The notes beneath the pieces are model-generated. The model was not told the DNA's origin. It saw only the letters and a program-made list of their open reading frames with translations, and ran no database searches. 64,000 nt of DNA from the NCBI GenBank assembly GCA_963681965.1, contig OY820579.1:3264001-3328000 (forward strand). Direction: 5' to 3'. The stretch's first letter is position 1. Each line of letters begins with the position of its first letter. This DNA comes from a bacterium (GTDB lineage: Bacteria > Electryoneota > JAOADG01). Below, in pieces: positions 1 to 9,337 of this stretch. The position numbers were made by a program, and so were the translations under genes.

Positions 1-1647
1 GATGAAGTAAATCCCGGTATCGACCAGGCTGCCGATTTGATCGCGTCCATTCCAGCTAATCCGGTAGTCGCCACTCGGTCTGATCTCTTCATGCCGGTAA
101 CGCTTGCGTCCCGAGAGATCGAAGATCTCGAATTTGAGTTTACTCCCCGGTGTCGAACCCGATATAATCAATTCCGGTGGTAATCCGTTCACTCCGCCCG
201 GTGCAAATCGTTTCTCACTGATCGATGCTGTCGCCGATGCAATCGTCGGTTGCACGATATGGATCGTCACCGTATCTGCGGCATCTTCCCGCGTCGGAGC
301 TGCACCGGTCGAATCGCAACTCACATACCAATTCCCGGCTGCAGTCGCCGATTGACCCAAATTTCTCCGGACTAACGATCGCCCGGCAATAGGTGTGATC
401 GCGAGCTCGGATAACCGAGGCAATACTTCGATCACTTGATTCCAAGGAGCAACGATTGAGACTGTCGAATTGCGATCGATCGCCGACCAATCGCTTCCGA
501 CGATGACCCGATCCGGTTGTGCATGATACCGATTCGGTAAAGCACCCGCCGCAAACACCACTCGATTGCTCGCGCCGATTGGATTGGAATGAAACGGTAT
601 TTCACATTCGTGCATGCCATTTCGAATTCGCCACCCGGCAAATTCCGCGGCTTCCGGTCCCGACCATTTCAATTCAATCCACTCCGGTTCGCCTGACACG
701 GGCTCTGGCATCCATTCGGTAACAACCGGATAGACATTTTTCCAGAGATAGGACTCACCACTCAACGTATCGTTAGTAGCAACATCGTCCCCAGTACGAA
801 TCCTTACCTCATAACCGATCCAGCCCAAAGGGTCCGGTTTGAAATTAGTTAGCGGTAAATCAACGAAGCGGGATGTACCAAATGCGAGTGCGGGTACCTC
901 AACCGAGTCGGATTCGAAGGGAGCTTGCAAAGGGAATCTACGAAATTTCGCAGAAAGAAGCGAAACTTGTCCAAATTCACCATATCCAATCAATTGAATT
1001 CGGATAATCGGTACTCCCGCTCGCCCCTCGGAGGCAGAGAACGAAGCCGATTGAATCCCCAAATCGATACGCGGGGGTGATACCGAGTTTCGTCGTCCCG
1101 GTGTACCATCACTCGATAAGGACGGCAACCAATTCACAGTTGTTACCGAATCATTCAGGAATTTTCGCTCGAAACTGAATCCCTGAGAGCTATTCACCAG
1201 CGAATTGAATTCGGCAATCGTCCGCAGTGTCGAATCGATCAACAGCAGATGGATCGTTGAGTTGTTAACAAGACCATTACTGCCGAACTGTGCTTCGGGA
1301 ACAATAAATCGCGGTGTCGATGCGGGAATATTCGGTTCGTATCGTCCGGATGAATGATTGTAGGAACTCGGGAACAGCAGAAAGTAGCCACCTGTAACGC
1401 GCCACTCGCCTTGTACCGGAAGGATGCGGTAACCAATCCCATTGATCACCAGTTGATAACCTAACAGCGATGAAGTATCCGCTTCGGCGACAACAAATTC
1501 GATGTATTGATTGCTGAGCAGCGAGCCATTCGGATTGACCATCACTTCGGAAAACTCAATCCGATTGTTCGCGCCAGCAATCGCGAAAGCGATAAGTAGA
1601 TATCCCAGTGCAAATATTGGGATGATGATTCTGCGCGGTTCACTCAT
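1..1647 (-). CDS. Secreted lamin-tail-domain protein with FlgD/T9SS-like C-terminal Ig domain (partial, runs off the window edge)
   Basis: Not in the ORF track; translated by hand. ATG at 1647 overlaps the yraN stop, followed by a signal peptide (MSEPRRIIIPIFALGYLLIAFAIAG), LTD-like motifs FSEVMVNP..NQYIE and TEWMPEP..EWIEL, and a C-terminal IFDLSGRK...ISWNGRD...TGIYFI; no stop codon found down to base 1. Confidence 0.75.
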   Translation of the reverse strand, partial: MSEPRRIIIPIFALGYLLIAFAIAGANNRIEFSEVMVNPNGSLLSNQYIEFVVAEADTSSLLGYQLVINGIGYRILPVQGEWRVTGGYFLLFPSSYNHSSGRYEPNIPASTPRFIVPEAQFGSNGLVNNSTIHLLLIDSTLRTIAEFNSLVNSSQGFSFERKFLNDSVTTVNWLPSLSSDGTPGRRNSVSPPRIDLGIQSASFSASEGRAGVPIIRIQLIGYGEFGQVSLLSAKFRRFPLQAPFESDSVEVPALAFGTSRFVDLPLTNFKPDPLGWIGYEVRIRTGDDVATNDTLSGESYLWKNVYPVVTEWMPEPVSGEPEWIELKWSGPEAAEFAGWRIRNGMHECEIPFHSNPIGASNRVVFAAGALPNRYHAQPDRVIVGSDWSAIDRNSTVSIVAPWNQVIEVLPRLSELAITPIAGRSLVRRNLGQSATAAGNWYVSCDSTGAAPTREDAADTVTIHIVQPTIASATASISEKRFAPGGVNGLPPELIISGSTPGSKLKFEIFDLSGRKRYRHEEIRPSGDYRISWNGRDQIGSLVDTGIYFI

Positions 1648-2002
1648 TCGTCGATCCAATCGAAAACAACGAAAAGGTCCACTCCGCCCGGGAATTCACT
1701 CGATACAGGATCAATGCTTCCAGCCGGATCGCACTCGGATTCCAATCCGGATGTTCGATCCGAATCCGATCGACGAGATGATGCAATCTGATAACTTTTC
1801 GTGAATCGATCCGGTTCACTGCCACGGCTGGATCGATCGTAGAAGCTTTGATCTCGACTATCGTTAAATCGGTGCCATCCCAACCCAACCAATCGATCTC
1901 CCCTTCCGGAAACCGCAAATTACGCGCAATAAGCTTCCGACCCTGAGCGCACAGCCATTTGTCGGCAGCATCTTCGGCAGTTTTTCCGTCGGTGATCGTC
2001 AT
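1640..2002 (-). CDS. yraN: YraN/UPF0102 family putative endonuclease
   Basis: GKTAEDAA..WL...ARNLR...GEIDW...VEIK motifs; usual position after rnhB. Confidence 0.8.
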   Translation of the reverse strand: MTITDGKTAEDAADKWLCAQGRKLIARNLRFPEGEIDWLGWDGTDLTIVEIKASTIDPAVAVNRIDSRKVIRLHHLVDRIRIEHPDWNPSAIRLEALILYRVNSRAEWTFSLFSIGSTNE

Positions 2003-2643
2003 TCGACTAGTGGTAATTCGTATTGCACACCGGCGAATGTCACCCGGTGTATGTGGCAGGGAGGAACCGTTTTAAGAATTTCCAAGTGTTCCGGAGTCGG
2101 ATACCCTTTGTTATGCGAAAACCCGAATTCCGGATACATCGAATCATAGGTTTGCATCATTCGATCACGCAATACCTTTGCCAATACCGACGCTGCCGCA
2201 ATCGAATAACTGAGATCGTCGCCGCCGACGATCGCCTGATGCGTCCGTTTGATCTTTGCCGGTCGTCCATCGACCAGCACTTCGTCGGGGATCGTCTTCA
2301 ACAATGCTAACGCCCGTCGCATCGCCAAAAAAGTAGCATTCAAGATTCCGATCCGGTCGATAATCGTCGGTCCGACAGTCGCTACGCCGAAATCGGTTGC
2401 CAACGCAGTGATCTCGGTGAAACATCGTTCGCGCGCGTTCTCCGACATTTTTTTCGAATCGCGCAACCCATCGATCGTCACCGGTTCGGTAAACATGACT
2501 GCTGCCGCAACCACTGGACCCGCCAATGGTCCACGACCAGCTTCATCGACTCCAGCCACACTTTTATATGCCAGCCAGAGTTTTTTTTCGTTATCCCAGC
2601 TCGGACCGAAATGGTCGTCGCTTATTCTAATTTTTTTTCGCAT
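1999..2643 (-). CDS. rnhB: Ribonuclease HII
   Basis: GVDEAGRGPLAGPV, DSKK, SIAAASVLAKV, NKGYPT motifs. Confidence 0.97.
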   Translation of the reverse strand: MRKKIRISDDHFGPSWDNEKKLWLAYKSVAGVDEAGRGPLAGPVVAAAVMFTEPVTIDGLRDSKKMSENARERCFTEITALATDFGVATVGPTIIDRIGILNATFLAMRRALALLKTIPDEVLVDGRPAKIKRTHQAIVGGDDLSYSIAAASVLAKVLRDRMMQTYDSMYPEFGFSHNKGYPTPEHLEILKTVPPCHIHRVTFAGVQYELPLVE

Positions 2644-2651
2644 AGCGTAAG

Positions 2652-4679
2652 TTAATGTGTTTCATCTGCCTGATTCCAGCGATCAACCAACCATTTTGCA
2701 TTCGCTGTAAAATCCGTCGGTTGCAACAGATCTCGCTTCCCGACCGGAACGATCCAAGTCCAACCTAGTCGTTCTAATGTCTCTTGTGATAAATGATCGA
2801 GATAGGGATGGTGAACACCACTACGATCGGTCAAGTATCCCCATCCCCGCGATTGCATTTCGTTGCACTCGCGCGCTACCGTGTGCCACAAAATCGTTGT
2901 AGTCAATGCCTGCGGATCGCTGGATACGGCATCTCCAGCTTTCACGATCGAAACTCCCGGTACCATGGCAGCATTTTGTTCCGGATTCGAACTCAACAGC
3001 AAGATGATCAGCGGTCGATTTCCAAATACTCGATTCCAACTACGCTGGAACCGGATCGCGGCATCGTCGTCAGTCGCAACATACACTGCTTCCGAACCAT
3101 CGCAATACACGGTTGACAGCAACTGTTGTTGATTATCGCTAACAAATCGATTGGATACTAGCAGACCAATCACTGCCACTATCATCATGCTCCAGCCCGC
3201 ATACCGCATCCATCTTCGATTTTTCGTCCAAGCAATCATCCACAGAAACAATCCGACCGAAATCAATCCGATCCAATAAAATCGATCGCTCCCCACTCCC
3301 CACGCCGATCCCGGAAATTGTGCCAGCCAAATCAAAAAATCACCGCACCGTTCGGTACCCAATCCTACAATAGTTGCAAACAATGGTATCCACGAAACGC
3401 AACAGAGCAGAATTGTTCCAAATAGAATCACTGCACTTAGCGGTACTGCCGGTAAATTTAACAACAATCCCGTATACGAGAGGTAACCGAAATGATACAC
3501 CAGTATCGGAGCCGATGCGGTAATCGCTGCGAGTGATGTGAGGGATCCGATCAGTACCCAGTGCCAGACTTTCCGAAAAGGATTATTCTTTTCCGGATCA
3601 ATCTCGATCAATTTCTGTTGCATCGGTAACACCAGCAGTAACCCTGCTACCGCAGCAAAGCTTAACTGAAATCCCGGCGAAGCCACATCCGAAGGTGTCA
3701 TGATCGACAACATAAACAGCGCTCCACCCCACGCCTGCCAACCACTTAGTTTCACTCCGGCAAACCGCGAGCCAATGAACCACAGCGCCATCACGAATGC
3801 GCGATCGACCGACGCCATCGCCGGTAGCAACATCCGATAGCACAATACCCCTAGAAGAATAAAAGCGAGACGATACTTTATCGGTAATCTTAGGATCGAT
3901 CCCAACCCCTCGAACATCCCCCAGATCATCATCAACTGCAATCCCGATAGTGCCAATAGATGCACCAATCCAGTTCGACGAAAGTCGATGAGAATTTCGT
4001 CATCGAGTTGCTGGTAATTGCCCAAGAGCAACGATTCTGCCAATATCCCCGAATCACCGGTTAGGTATTTCGCAATTTGAGTCTTCACCCAAAAATTGAT
4101 GTCGTTGCGCGCTTCAAAGAATCGTCGCTTCCATTCCGGAACCGTTTTTTCTGTGCGAAGTATCTGCTTGATCGTCAATTTCGCTTGCGTACCGGTTACC
4201 GCCGCTTGAATATTTTGTGCCTGCTCGCCTCCATATAACGGTGTTTGAAACGGCTTGATCGTACCAATCACCCGCATCCGATCGCCCGGAACCAATCCCA
4301 CCGGTTCGCGCAGCGAATATGCCCGCAAACAATAAGGTGTTTCCGGTAGTAAAAGCTTCACCCGGAAAGAATAGCCATGCTCCAGATATCGCGGTTCATC
4401 CAACAATTCGCAATCGGCAAATACTTCAGTGACAATCGTCGGTGTTACCGGTCGAACAGTGCGTTGCGACACCCATGTACACCACGTTGCAGTTACAGTA
4501 AGACAGAGAATGAATAATCTGAGTCGGTCGGAATTGAATTTGAAACTGTAGAATGAGAGGTATAAGACGATACAGAGAATAGAAATGAGAAAACTGATCG
4601 AAGGCGGCAGAAAGCGATACACACCGCATAGCGCACCGATTGCTGCTGCTAATCCCAGTGGCAGGAATGTCGCGGTCAT
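2652..4679 (-). CDS. comEC: ComEC/Rec2 family competence protein
   Basis: Multi-TM protein with FRRTGLVHLLALSGLQ, GFQLSFAAV and NLPAVP motifs. Confidence 0.85.
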   Translation of the reverse strand: MTATFLPLGLAAAIGALCGVYRFLPPSISFLISILCIVLYLSFYSFKFNSDRLRLFILCLTVTATWCTWVSQRTVRPVTPTIVTEVFADCELLDEPRYLEHGYSFRVKLLLPETPYCLRAYSLREPVGLVPGDRMRVIGTIKPFQTPLYGGEQAQNIQAAVTGTQAKLTIKQILRTEKTVPEWKRRFFEARNDINFWVKTQIAKYLTGDSGILAESLLLGNYQQLDDEILIDFRRTGLVHLLALSGLQLMMIWGMFEGLGSILRLPIKYRLAFILLGVLCYRMLLPAMASVDRAFVMALWFIGSRFAGVKLSGWQAWGGALFMLSIMTPSDVASPGFQLSFAAVAGLLLVLPMQQKLIEIDPEKNNPFRKVWHWVLIGSLTSLAAITASAPILVYHFGYLSYTGLLLNLPAVPLSAVILFGTILLCCVSWIPLFATIVGLGTERCGDFLIWLAQFPGSAWGVGSDRFYWIGLISVGLFLWMIAWTKNRRWMRYAGWSMMIVAVIGLLVSNRFVSDNQQQLLSTVYCDGSEAVYVATDDDAAIRFQRSWNRVFGNRPLIILLLSSNPEQNAAMVPGVSIVKAGDAVSSDPQALTTTILWHTVARECNEMQSRGWGYLTDRSGVHHPYLDHLSQETLERLGWTWIVPVGKRDLLQPTDFTANAKWLVDRWNQADETH

Positions 4680-4680
4680 C

Positions 4681-5964
4681 TCATTTTAACCGGACATGCA
4701 AAAGTGTACCCTCGATTTTTTCGATCTCAACCAGCGATTTTACCGGAATCGCAACCGTCGCAGTCGCTTGCCACAATTCACCGCGAACAAATACTTTACC
4801 GGTTGGATTTAATTCGGCTACGACTTCCGCGCATTCACCGATCATCGCTTCTTGCCCCGTAACAACCCGTCGTTTCAGCGCTTTAATCCCAGCCGACACG
4901 GCAAATGCGAAGAATAAAACCGTCGCCAGCGTTACACCCGTAATCACCGACCAATTCAAACCCGGAACATCGTCCGGTAAGTCAAATAACATAAGGGATC
5001 CTGTCACTAATGCGATAATACCACCAACGGTAAATGCCCCTTTACTGACAATCTTGATTTCAAGCAGGAACAGCACGAAACCGATGACGATTAGTGCAAA
5101 TCCCGCAAAATTGATTGGCAGTACTTGGAATGCAGTAAATGCGAGCAACATACACAATCCTCCCATCACACCCGGCCAAATCGCACCCGGATTCTGGAAT
5201 TCAAATAACAATCCAAAAAATCCGAGTGTCATCAAAATGTAAGAGACATTCGGTTCGGCGATTAGTTGCAGTGTTTTGTCGCCAATGCCCGGTTCGCGCA
5301 ATCGCACTTCGACGCTGTGCGTGTGCAGCGTTCGGATCGAACCGTTCGCCAATCTGACCACTCGTCCTTCGCATTTTTCCAGCAAATCGTCGCGATTCTG
5401 AGCCACGAAATCGATCACCTTTAGCGATTCCGCTTCAGTCTCGGTAATCGATACCGATTTTCGAACTGCCTTTTCCGCCCATTCGATATTTCGTCCCCGT
5501 TGACTGGCAATAGTCCGAATTTGCGCTGCGGCGTCATTTAGCACTTTCTCTTCCATCACACCGGAAAGCGAATCGCGACTGCCACTACCCCCCAAATTGA
5601 CTGGATGTGCCGCTCCGATATTCGTTCCCGGAGCCATCGCGGCAATATTGCCAGCCAAAGTCAAAAAGACGCCAGCCGATCCGGCATGTGCGCCTCGCGG
5701 AGATACATAGACAATGATCGGGAGGGGAGAATTCAGAATGGTTTGAACCATTGATCGCGTGGTCGATAACAACCCACCGGGTGTGTCCAACTCAACAATA
5801 ATCGCTTCGGACTGACTCTTTACTCCATCCGCAATCGCCCGTTCCAATTGAAGTTGAGCGACTGGACCGATTGGTCCGGAATAGGGCAATACGATCACAT
5901 TCGGACGCGCAAATGCGGTCAAGCAGAGGAATAACAGGATGATTCCAGCGGAATATTTCATCAT
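4681..5964 (-). CDS. nfeD: NfeD family membrane-bound serine protease (long form)
   Basis: LDTPGGL, AGSAG, APGTNIGAAHPV motifs, TM region, and C-terminal OB fold (GKVFVRGELWQA). Confidence 0.92.
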   Translation of the reverse strand: MMKYSAGIILLFLCLTAFARPNVIVLPYSGPIGPVAQLQLERAIADGVKSQSEAIIVELDTPGGLLSTTRSMVQTILNSPLPIIVYVSPRGAHAGSAGVFLTLAGNIAAMAPGTNIGAAHPVNLGGSGSRDSLSGVMEEKVLNDAAAQIRTIASQRGRNIEWAEKAVRKSVSITETEAESLKVIDFVAQNRDDLLEKCEGRVVRLANGSIRTLHTHSVEVRLREPGIGDKTLQLIAEPNVSYILMTLGFFGLLFEFQNPGAIWPGVMGGLCMLLAFTAFQVLPINFAGFALIVIGFVLFLLEIKIVSKGAFTVGGIIALVTGSLMLFDLPDDVPGLNWSVITGVTLATVLFFAFAVSAGIKALKRRVVTGQEAMIGECAEVVAELNPTGKVFVRGELWQATATVAIPVKSLVEIEKIEGTLLHVRLK

Positions 5965-5981
5965 AGCACAAAAATAATTGA

Positions 5982-7346
5982 CTATGATAAAGTTAGTAAC
6001 ATCTCACTAAGAAGGCAATCTTCAGCAGGCAAAATGGAACGAAGATGAATACGAATGATCCCATCCGATAAAACCGAAAAGATCGGAATGTGAAGATTTC
6101 GGAATGATTTCGCGATCGTCTGAATCTTCACTGATTTAGACGTCAAACAGATCGCCACATCCGGTATCGGTGTCTGCGGAACCGAACCCGATCCGATCGC
6201 ACCGGAATCATTTTGAATTGACCATTCGAACCGGTCGGATGGTGTTCTGGTAATTTCGGAAAGAATCAACTCGGCACGGGCGCGAAGGGCTATCTGTGAC
6301 TGCGATAGCATTTGAATGAACGGGATCTCGCGTTCCCGTCCAGTTAACCAGAGTCCTAGCGTACGATCCAATGCCGCTAACGTAATTTTGTCGGGGCGTA
6401 CTGCGCGGGTCAAGGCATTTATCTTACACTTTTGAACCAATGACTGCTTGCCGAGGATAATGCCGCACTGCGGACCACCTAGACACTTATCACCCGATAC
6501 CGACAATAGGTCGACACCGGCACGAATGCTCTCTTCGATCGTCGGTTCGTGCGGTAATCCATAATCGGCTAAATCGATCAACAAACCATTGCCGAGATCT
6601 TCGATTACCGGAATCGCCGATTCGCGTCCAAGCAGAACCAACTCATCCAGTGTCGCACTTTCGGTAAATCCAATGATCCGATAATTCGAAGGGTGTACTT
6701 TCAGCAATGCCGCAGTTTTAGGGGTGATCGCCGCGCGATAATCCTCGATCCGTGTCCGATTAGTCGTTCCGACTTCAACCCGTTTCACACCGGAACGCTT
6801 CATCACATCCGGCATCCGAAAACCACCGCCGATTTCGACTTGTTCGCCGCGACTGACAATCGCTTCTTTTTTTTCTGCTAGACTTGAAAGCATCAATAAC
6901 ACTGCCGCCGCGCAATTATTCACCACCAGTGCCGCTTCAGCACCCGTTAGCAGACACAGCTTTCGCTCCACTTCCTGCCACCGATTCCCCCGCTCCCCAC
7001 TCTCCCGATCAATCTCCAGCACGCAACTGCGAGCCGCTTCCTGCATCGCGTCTATCGCAGCATCGGCCAGCGGCGATCGACCCAATCCGGTATGCAATAA
7101 AATCCCCGTACCATTCAACGCACGGGGATAACCTGATTGACTTATTTTTTCTACTTCTGAAACGATCCGCTCGACGCCGCCTTCTAAATTGTCTCCTACT
7201 GGAAAATTGCCCTCGCGCTGGCGCTGCGCTTCCTCGCGCGCCAGCCGCTTCAATGCATCCTTTCGCAGAGCTAACACTGCGAGTCGAGGATGTTCCAGCA
7301 ATTTTCCGATCGCAATCGGATGAGACTCAGAATGTGGCTTCGACAC
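5982..7346 (-). CDS. selA: L-seryl-tRNA(Sec) selenium transferase (selenocysteine synthase)
   Basis: NGTGILLHTGLGRSPL, VVNNCAAAV, SRGEQVEIGGGFRMPDVM, EVGTTNRT, LKVHPSNY and SGDKxLGGPQ (PLP lysine). GTG at 7346 is the likelier start; the ORF track extends to 7421. Confidence 0.95.
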   Translation of the reverse strand: MSKPHSESHPIAIGKLLEHPRLAVLALRKDALKRLAREEAQRQREGNFPVGDNLEGGVERIVSEVEKISQSGYPRALNGTGILLHTGLGRSPLADAAIDAMQEAARSCVLEIDRESGERGNRWQEVERKLCLLTGAEAALVVNNCAAAVLLMLSSLAEKKEAIVSRGEQVEIGGGFRMPDVMKRSGVKRVEVGTTNRTRIEDYRAAITPKTAALLKVHPSNYRIIGFTESATLDELVLLGRESAIPVIEDLGNGLLIDLADYGLPHEPTIEESIRAGVDLLSVSGDKCLGGPQCGIILGKQSLVQKCKINALTRAVRPDKITLAALDRTLGLWLTGREREIPFIQMLSQSQIALRARAELILSEITRTPSDRFEWSIQNDSGAIGSGSVPQTPIPDVAICLTSKSVKIQTIAKSFRNLHIPIFSVLSDGIIRIHLRSILPAEDCLLSEMLLTLS

Positions 7347-8895
7347 CGATACGGAACCCTTCGAATGGATTGACCTGACGGCAGCGTCCACTGCTGCATT
7401 TGATACCGCCGCGCTCTTCACCGAAGAAGGCTTGAACTTGTAGATTCTGCTGGATTGGCAGCGTCATTTCCGTCGAAAACCAATCCGGTCCGCCGGCTTC
7501 GCCAATACCTGAGGTATGATCGTAGGAAAATGCGACTGAACCAATGCCCGGATACGAAATCGTTGCCGAAGCATATTTGTCTGTGATGTCGGTCTCTTCA
7601 ATTTTGTCGCGCGTCACCATCTGCTCGACGGTAGCATCGAGTGTGAATGAATAAATCAGCGATGTCTGCCAACCGACCAGTACCCCGTTGCGAAGATCCC
7701 AGCTTTGCGGGATTCCGGCAAAATCGTTCCATGCCGATTCTTCATGTCGGCTATACTGCAATCGAAGCGCTCCCGACCGATTGTACTTCCAAGTCGTTTC
7801 AATCAACGATTCGGTCGACGGTGAGTAGATTTGCTTCATCGAGGGGAAGGGAGTGTCGTTGTGCAGCGACGATTCGGCATTGTAAACCACGATTCCCAGT
7901 TTCTTGAATGGGCGGAAATTGATTTCAGTCTGCCAGCCGACTTCATCGGTATAACGCAGAATATGCGGATGCGAAGACATCAACTTGGTGATCAGATCGC
8001 GTTGTACCACTGGTGGCGATTGGAAGGGTAGAATGTTGCTATACGATTCGGCAAAGCGGTAGTCTTTGAAATCGAAGTTGATCGAGAACCCTTTTCGGGC
8101 GAGCGAAATCGATCCAAAAATACCGCGATCCTTATAAATCGATGCCGTATCGTATTTCTGCCACGATCCTTCTGCCCAAACCGCGACTGTTCCAATTTTA
8201 TTGATCTTGGTCTGATATCCCGCATAGCCGCCTTGTAACGATTGCGCTTGATAGCTCTTCTCGGGAACCTTCAGATAATTGATACCCAGTCTTGCGTTAT
8301 ACTTCGATACATCGACATTTGCACCGTAAATCTGATTCGTGCGTGTGAACGACGCTGGATCGGCATGAGTCGTTCCCGCTATCGCTTCGGCTTTCACAAT
8401 CCCTTGCGAATAACGAACCATACCGCCGTTGATTCCGGCATCCAAGCCCTGATCGATATCCTCTTGCAACGATAGCGTCAGACCGCGTCCCCAAATCGTG
8501 TAGACCGATCCGGCACGAGCCATAAATGTACCATTGTCGAATTGTAGCCAATACTTATTGAATGTATCGAAACCGACCTTTCGTTCTTTCCAATACGAGG
8601 GGATAAAATAGGAGTTGCGAAAACCGAGCTGCCATTCGGTGCGGTAAGAGATTCGCGCTTCGAAAAAATTCTCGAAATACGATAACCGGCTATTTTGATC
8701 GCTCGAAAGACTCCGTTCGTTTCCGACGGCACGCAACATACGGTTGGAGCCGGTAGCGGATAAATCGTCGAAGAAAGTACCGGCTTGAGCAAGTGAGAAT
8801 ACGTGACAACAAACGATCAGAAGTGCTAATTTACTTAGTCGTATCGGATTTGGCAGGTAACAGTTTTTCAATTTCCTTCTCCAGAGTGGCTTCAT
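7327..8895 (-). CDS. DUF6029-like outer-membrane beta-barrel protein
   Basis: Signal peptide, GSVYTIWGRGLTL motif, C-terminal GGIKCSSGRCRQVNPFEGFRIGVEATF ending in Phe; adjacent to TlpA. Start uncertain. Confidence 0.7.
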   Translation of the reverse strand: MKPLWRRKLKNCYLPNPIRLSKLALLIVCCHVFSLAQAGTFFDDLSATGSNRMLRAVGNERSLSSDQNSRLSYFENFFEARISYRTEWQLGFRNSYFIPSYWKERKVGFDTFNKYWLQFDNGTFMARAGSVYTIWGRGLTLSLQEDIDQGLDAGINGGMVRYSQGIVKAEAIAGTTHADPASFTRTNQIYGANVDVSKYNARLGINYLKVPEKSYQAQSLQGGYAGYQTKINKIGTVAVWAEGSWQKYDTASIYKDRGIFGSISLARKGFSINFDFKDYRFAESYSNILPFQSPPVVQRDLITKLMSSHPHILRYTDEVGWQTEINFRPFKKLGIVVYNAESSLHNDTPFPSMKQIYSPSTESLIETTWKYNRSGALRLQYSRHEESAWNDFAGIPQSWDLRNGVLVGWQTSLIYSFTLDATVEQMVTRDKIEETDITDKYASATISYPGIGSVAFSYDHTSGIGEAGGPDWFSTEMTLPIQQNLQVQAFFGEERGGIKCSSGRCRQVNPFEGFRIGVEATF

Positions 8896-9337
8896 CGCCG
8901 GGAAGATTGCCGAATTTCGTAAATACTACTTCACCGCTGGTATTCACAACGACCGTGTGGGGAACGCTCTTGCCACCAAACGCCTTCAATGCTTCGTTGG
9001 TCGGATCTAAATATACGGTAAAATTGAAACCCTCGCCGACCACATAAGGTTGGACTTTCCCGATCGATTTCGGTCCATCCACTGCGATGGCATATACTTG
9101 CAATCCCTTATCCCGATACTTCAAATAAAGCTCATCCAATCCCGGTAATGCCTCTTTGCAAGGAGTGCACCATGTTGCCCAAAAATCTAAAATCGCCGGA
9201 CCCTTTGCAAACAGAGTATCCAGCTTGACAGTCTTCCCTTCAAGCGTCTGAACACTTACACTCGGCGCTTTATCGCCACTCCACCCTACCGCAATCAAGC
9301 AGAGTAAAGTTACTACGAAACCAACTTTTCGGATCAT
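8831..9337 (-). CDS. TlpA family thiol-disulfide oxidoreductase
   Basis: N-terminal signal/anchor, DFWATWCTPC, cis-Pro motif SVPHT. Confidence 0.92.
   Translation of the reverse strand: MIRKVGFVVTLLCLIAVGWSGDKAPSVSVQTLEGKTVKLDTLFAKGPAILDFWATWCTPCKEALPGLDELYLKYRDKGLQVYAIAVDGPKSIGKVQPYVVGEGFNFTVYLDPTNEALKAFGGKSVPHTVVVNTSGEVVFTKFGNLPGDEATLEKEIEKLLPAKSDTTK

Noticed and set aside
7327-9337. Sec read-through at the TGA stops near selA
   Set aside because: These TGAs follow complete C-terminal motifs and overlap the next gene's start region.
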